Assembly: GCA_044236265.1 (NCBI GenBank)
Contig: JBIIGV010000058.1
Span: forward strand, 1 to 18,430
Direction of reading: 5' to 3'
DNA: 18,430 nucleotides
Source of the DNA: Oligoflexales bacterium
GTDB taxonomy: Bacteria; Bdellovibrionota_B; Oligoflexia; Oligoflexales; RGVZ01
The position numbers and the translations under genes are program-made. Shown here piece by piece: positions 15,407 to 18,430 of the stretch (position 1 is the first letter of the stretch; every line of letters begins with the position of its first letter). The notes beneath the pieces are model-generated. The model was not told the DNA's origin. It did no database searches and saw nothing but the letters and a program-made list of their open reading frames with translations.

Positions 15407-16402
15407 ATGTTGAACAATGAACTAAAAAATCTCCGCATGACCCCCGCCCCCTCCGGTCTGTTTTTCAAGGGACGCACCGGAGACCCACGGCTCGGTGAAT
15501 GGGCTGAACAAATCACGCTGTCAGAAATGGCATCGTTGCACTCTCAAACATTTGTGTTGATCGGTGCTGCCGATGATACCGGAGTAAAACTTAACCGTGG
15601 ACGTCCGGGCGCTGACAAAGGACCTGATGCGGTGCGCAACGCACTTTATAAATTCGCCTGGCCACTCAGTAGAAATTTTGAAAAATGGCGTTTTCTCGAT
15701 GCCGGCAACATCACTCCGGCGAAGGTTATCACTGATACTCACGAGCAGTCGCGACTGGCATGCACTGCAGCGGCACATTTGGGAGCGACTGTAATCGCCG
15801 TCGGTGGTGGTCATGATTTTGCGGCTCCGCATATACTCGGAACATTTGAGGGCCTGAAGCGCAGTAAAAAGGATTTTGATTTTGGCGTGATCAATGTTGA
15901 CCCTCACCTTGATGTACGAGAACTAGAAAACAATCTACCGCACTCTGGCACACCCTTTCGGCAAATTATTGAGAGTGGAGTTGTTGAGGGTGAGCATCTG
16001 TTACAATTCGGAGCGCGAGACGGACGAAATGCCAGAAGCCATTTTGAGTATTGTCGTAAACAGGGTGTTAAGGTTTTAGAGCTTTCATCCTTAAAAAAAG
16101 ATGATGACGTGATCGATGCGTTCAAGGCAGAACTTAGATCCTTGACAAAAAAGACCGACTACATTGCTTTGACGATTGATATGGACTCATGCTCAGACAT
16201 CGAGGGCGTCAGCGCGGCACCGGTCATTGGATTTTCACCCTGGGAGCTATGTCAGTTTGCGTTTGCAGCTGGTAGGAATCGTAAAGTGCGAATCCTAGAG
16301 ATCGCAGAGATAGCACCTGACCTTGACCCGTCGGGCCGGGCTGCCCGCATTGGCGCAGAGGTGATTTTTCATTTTATCTTAGGTCGTATCAACAAAGCGT
16401 AG
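15407..16402 (+). CDS. hutG: Formimidoylglutamase (arginase/ureohydrolase family)
   Basis: D.GV.LNRGRPGA..GPDAVR, GGGHD, NVDPHLDVR, HSGTPFRQ, TIDMD, GVSA, EIAPDLD: HutG-type motifs with the metal ligands intact. Confidence 0.88.
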   Translation: MLNNELKNLRMTPAPSGLFFKGRTGDPRLGEWAEQITLSEMASLHSQTFVLIGAADDTGVKLNRGRPGADKGPDAVRNALYKFAWPLSRNFEKWRFLDAGNITPAKVITDTHEQSRLACTAAAHLGATVIAVGGGHDFAAPHILGTFEGLKRSKKDFDFGVINVDPHLDVRELENNLPHSGTPFRQIIESGVVEGEHLLQFGARDGRNARSHFEYCRKQGVKVLELSSLKKDDDVIDAFKAELRSLTKKTDYIALTIDMDSCSDIEGVSAAPVIGFSPWELCQFAFAAGRNRKVRILEIAEIAPDLDPSGRAARIGAEVIFHFILGRINKA

Positions 16403-16404
16403 CC

Positions 16405-18430
16405 TCACAGCTTTATGCCACTCGACTTCAGATATTGCATCCGGCGAACGTGTTCGTCCGCCAATAGACGCGCTTCTCCAGTCGAATCTGCTGCAATATC
16501 TTTGTAAACGCTCTCTGCCTTTTCATAATCGGCAAGTTCAAACCACCCATTTGCAAGCATCTTCAGCCATTCGCGCCTAATTTCTTGGTAATCACTTGTT
16601 TTCCCCAAAAGCGACGCCCACAGGGTCATCGTCTCTGGGGTTGCTCTATTAGATCGCCGCGCTCGAAGATAGACCTCTATCCAAGATTGCTCCTCGACAA
16701 CAGCCGGTAACTCTCCCCAACCAGCTAGATAACGACGCCAAGCGAGCAGCCCGTCAGCTGGCATAAACTCTGCCAGGGCCAACCGGGCTTCGATCTGCCG
16801 CACAGTAGAGACCCCTAAAAGACGCGTCTTCATAAATTCCCGAAGATCAGTCAACAGGGCGTTTGATTGATTTGTAGCCCCGACAAGAGCGTGAAGATCA
16901 CTAGCGATGATCGCAGCCTCAACGTCCTCTAAAACTTTCGGTGGCCACGTTCTAGACTTATCAATGGTCTCAATCCAAACATGGAGGCCCGTGCGATCAT
17001 TTATAGATGTTGTTACAAATTTTTTTACTGCGGAACGCAGGGCTTCGAGACGTGCATGGCGATCACCAGAGGATAAGCGTGAACGCCAGTCCACCCAATT
17101 GTCAGGATCCCAGCCCATTGGCTGGCGCAGGCGAACAAACCAGCCATCGGACCTTTTTCGCGCGAGATCAGCGACCGAATGAGGGCAGATATCAGCCAAA
17201 ACGCTTGGCTCCCTCGATAGGCTTTCGATGAGCATGGCTGTTTTCTCGGTATCGTAACTCAAAATGTCGGCTTGCCACGAGTCAACAAGCTGCTGCCCGC
17301 TACGTCCGGTCACGTCACGAAGCGTCTGTCCCGCGTATATGGAACGCAAGGCCTCCGGTCCGAAACGACCACTGATCCATCTGAGCAATGAGCCAGCCAC
17401 GGCGTAGGATCTCGTGCCAGACTCACTCCAGAAACCAAGCGGATTAAATAAATGAGCCACATCGCCGACGCGTCCACTCTTGATAAGACCGGCTGCCAAC
17501 TGATCCAACGATAATGAGTAGTCAACTGGCGCGAGAGCCATAGCCACGCCCTCTGTAACAAGCATATTTGGATGAAAGCCCAGTGACATCCAACTTGCAT
17601 AGCTCGCCACAGCATGAATTAACTCGTGCCGTAGCGTGGGATGGGGAGATGGTTGAAAATCGATATGTACGGTCGGCGTTTTAACATCGGTCACATCTGT
17701 TTGGCCTCCACCAAATAGAAGCTTTTTTTTCACTTCAGACGAGTATGCAAAAATTTTCAAAGGTCTGATGGTCGTTAATCCAAAGGATTCTTTGATTTCC
17801 TTGACATGAAAGACTGCATCTCTCACGAGCTGTTTAGCGGTCTCATCGGCGTTCGGCTTACTTGAATCATAATAAAACTCTACATCAGCTCCCGTTATGA
17901 GCTTTGGAAGCTCTGATTGCAACGCATGTAAACCGTGACGCTGGCTTGGGTATCCCGCCGCCAAAAAAGACAAAACTCCGATCGTTAAGGCTATCGTTTT
18001 TGATCTCGCTGAACGCCATTCAATTAGCTCGGAAGCCAACGCCAAAAAATAAAGGCCTATTAAACCGTGAGAAAGGCGAGCAAGTGCAATACCACCGTCA
18101 ATCTCAATCTGCCGGTCATATATCGGTCCATGGATAAAACCAAGCATCATGCTGGTCACGCGCTTTTGAGGAAAAATCCAAAGCCATATCAGAGATATCA
18201 ATATCAAAATCCAAGGCCATGACAAAATCAGGGCTTTAAACCGAAAATTGGCCCGATTTTTTATGAAGCATGCTATTTGGAGTGTGGCCATCGATATCCA
18301 GACCGCAGGTATGACCAAAAGAATCATCCAAAACAAAAATCCATTCACGCTGCATTGACATTGAGATGTCGCAAAAACCACACCGCCGGGAATCATCGTC
18401 ACAATCGGCGAAATCACTAGCCCTGCGAAC
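16405..18430 (-). CDS. Multi-pass membrane protein with a gluzincin metallopeptidase-like domain and helical/TPR-like C-terminus, 5'-truncated
   Basis: The frame is open to the window edge (F A G L V I S P...). Several hydrophobic helices precede RHELIHAV (17628-17614) and TEGVAMAL; the end is TPR-like (LANGWFELADYEKAESVY). Confidence 0.8.
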   Translation of the reverse strand, partial: FAGLVISPIVTMIPGGVVFATSQCQCSVNGFLFWMILLVIPAVWISMATLQIACFIKNRANFRFKALILSWPWILILISLIWLWIFPQKRVTSMMLGFIHGPIYDRQIEIDGGIALARLSHGLIGLYFLALASELIEWRSARSKTIALTIGVLSFLAAGYPSQRHGLHALQSELPKLITGADVEFYYDSSKPNADETAKQLVRDAVFHVKEIKESFGLTTIRPLKIFAYSSEVKKKLLFGGGQTDVTDVKTPTVHIDFQPSPHPTLRHELIHAVASYASWMSLGFHPNMLVTEGVAMALAPVDYSLSLDQLAAGLIKSGRVGDVAHLFNPLGFWSESGTRSYAVAGSLLRWISGRFGPEALRSIYAGQTLRDVTGRSGQQLVDSWQADILSYDTEKTAMLIESLSREPSVLADICPHSVADLARKRSDGWFVRLRQPMGWDPDNWVDWRSRLSSGDRHARLEALRSAVKKFVTTSINDRTGLHVWIETIDKSRTWPPKVLEDVEAAIIASDLHALVGATNQSNALLTDLREFMKTRLLGVSTVRQIEARLALAEFMPADGLLAWRRYLAGWGELPAVVEEQSWIEVYLRARRSNRATPETMTLWASLLGKTSDYQEIRREWLKMLANGWFELADYEKAESVYKDIAADSTGEARLLADEHVRRMQYLKSSGIKL

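Noticed and set aside
3428..18137. Numerous alternative-frame and antisense ORFs inside the long genes
   Set aside because: Fully nested in well-supported CDSs, with no motifs or SD support.
1..18430. CRISPR array, tRNA/rRNA, IS/integrase or defence genes
   Set aside because: No regularly spaced repeats, cloverleaf or T-loop signatures, or transposase, integrase, nuclease or RT motifs were seen.

Overview
Gene-dense bacterial chromosomal window with no mobile element, CRISPR array, rRNA or tRNA that I can see. The gene style (MARVSIEDCL-type RpoZ, FadN-type beta-oxidation enzyme, many small exported or Cys-paired lipoproteins) suggests a Bdellovibrionota/Oligoflexia-like or other deltaproteobacteria-like organism; this is inference only. 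Recognisable genes are rpoZ, nnr (NAD(P)HX epimerase/dehydratase), fadN-fadA, an alpha/beta hydrolase and an isolated hutG. The rest are uncharacterised. Notable items: (1) a tandem pair of diverged paralogous ~125-aa proteins that look like an SH3-type barrel split by a helical insertion; (2) a divergent gene with a sigma28-like promoter, a two-hairpin leader and a 3-codon in-frame uORF that owns the Shine-Dalgarno; (3) a gluzincin lipoprotein next to a TPR + beta-barrel outer-membrane protein; (4) a two-repeat disulfide lipoprotein behind a near-consensus sigma54 promoter; (5) a membrane-anchored gluzincin truncated by the window edge. All calls come from reading motifs by eye; no searches were run.
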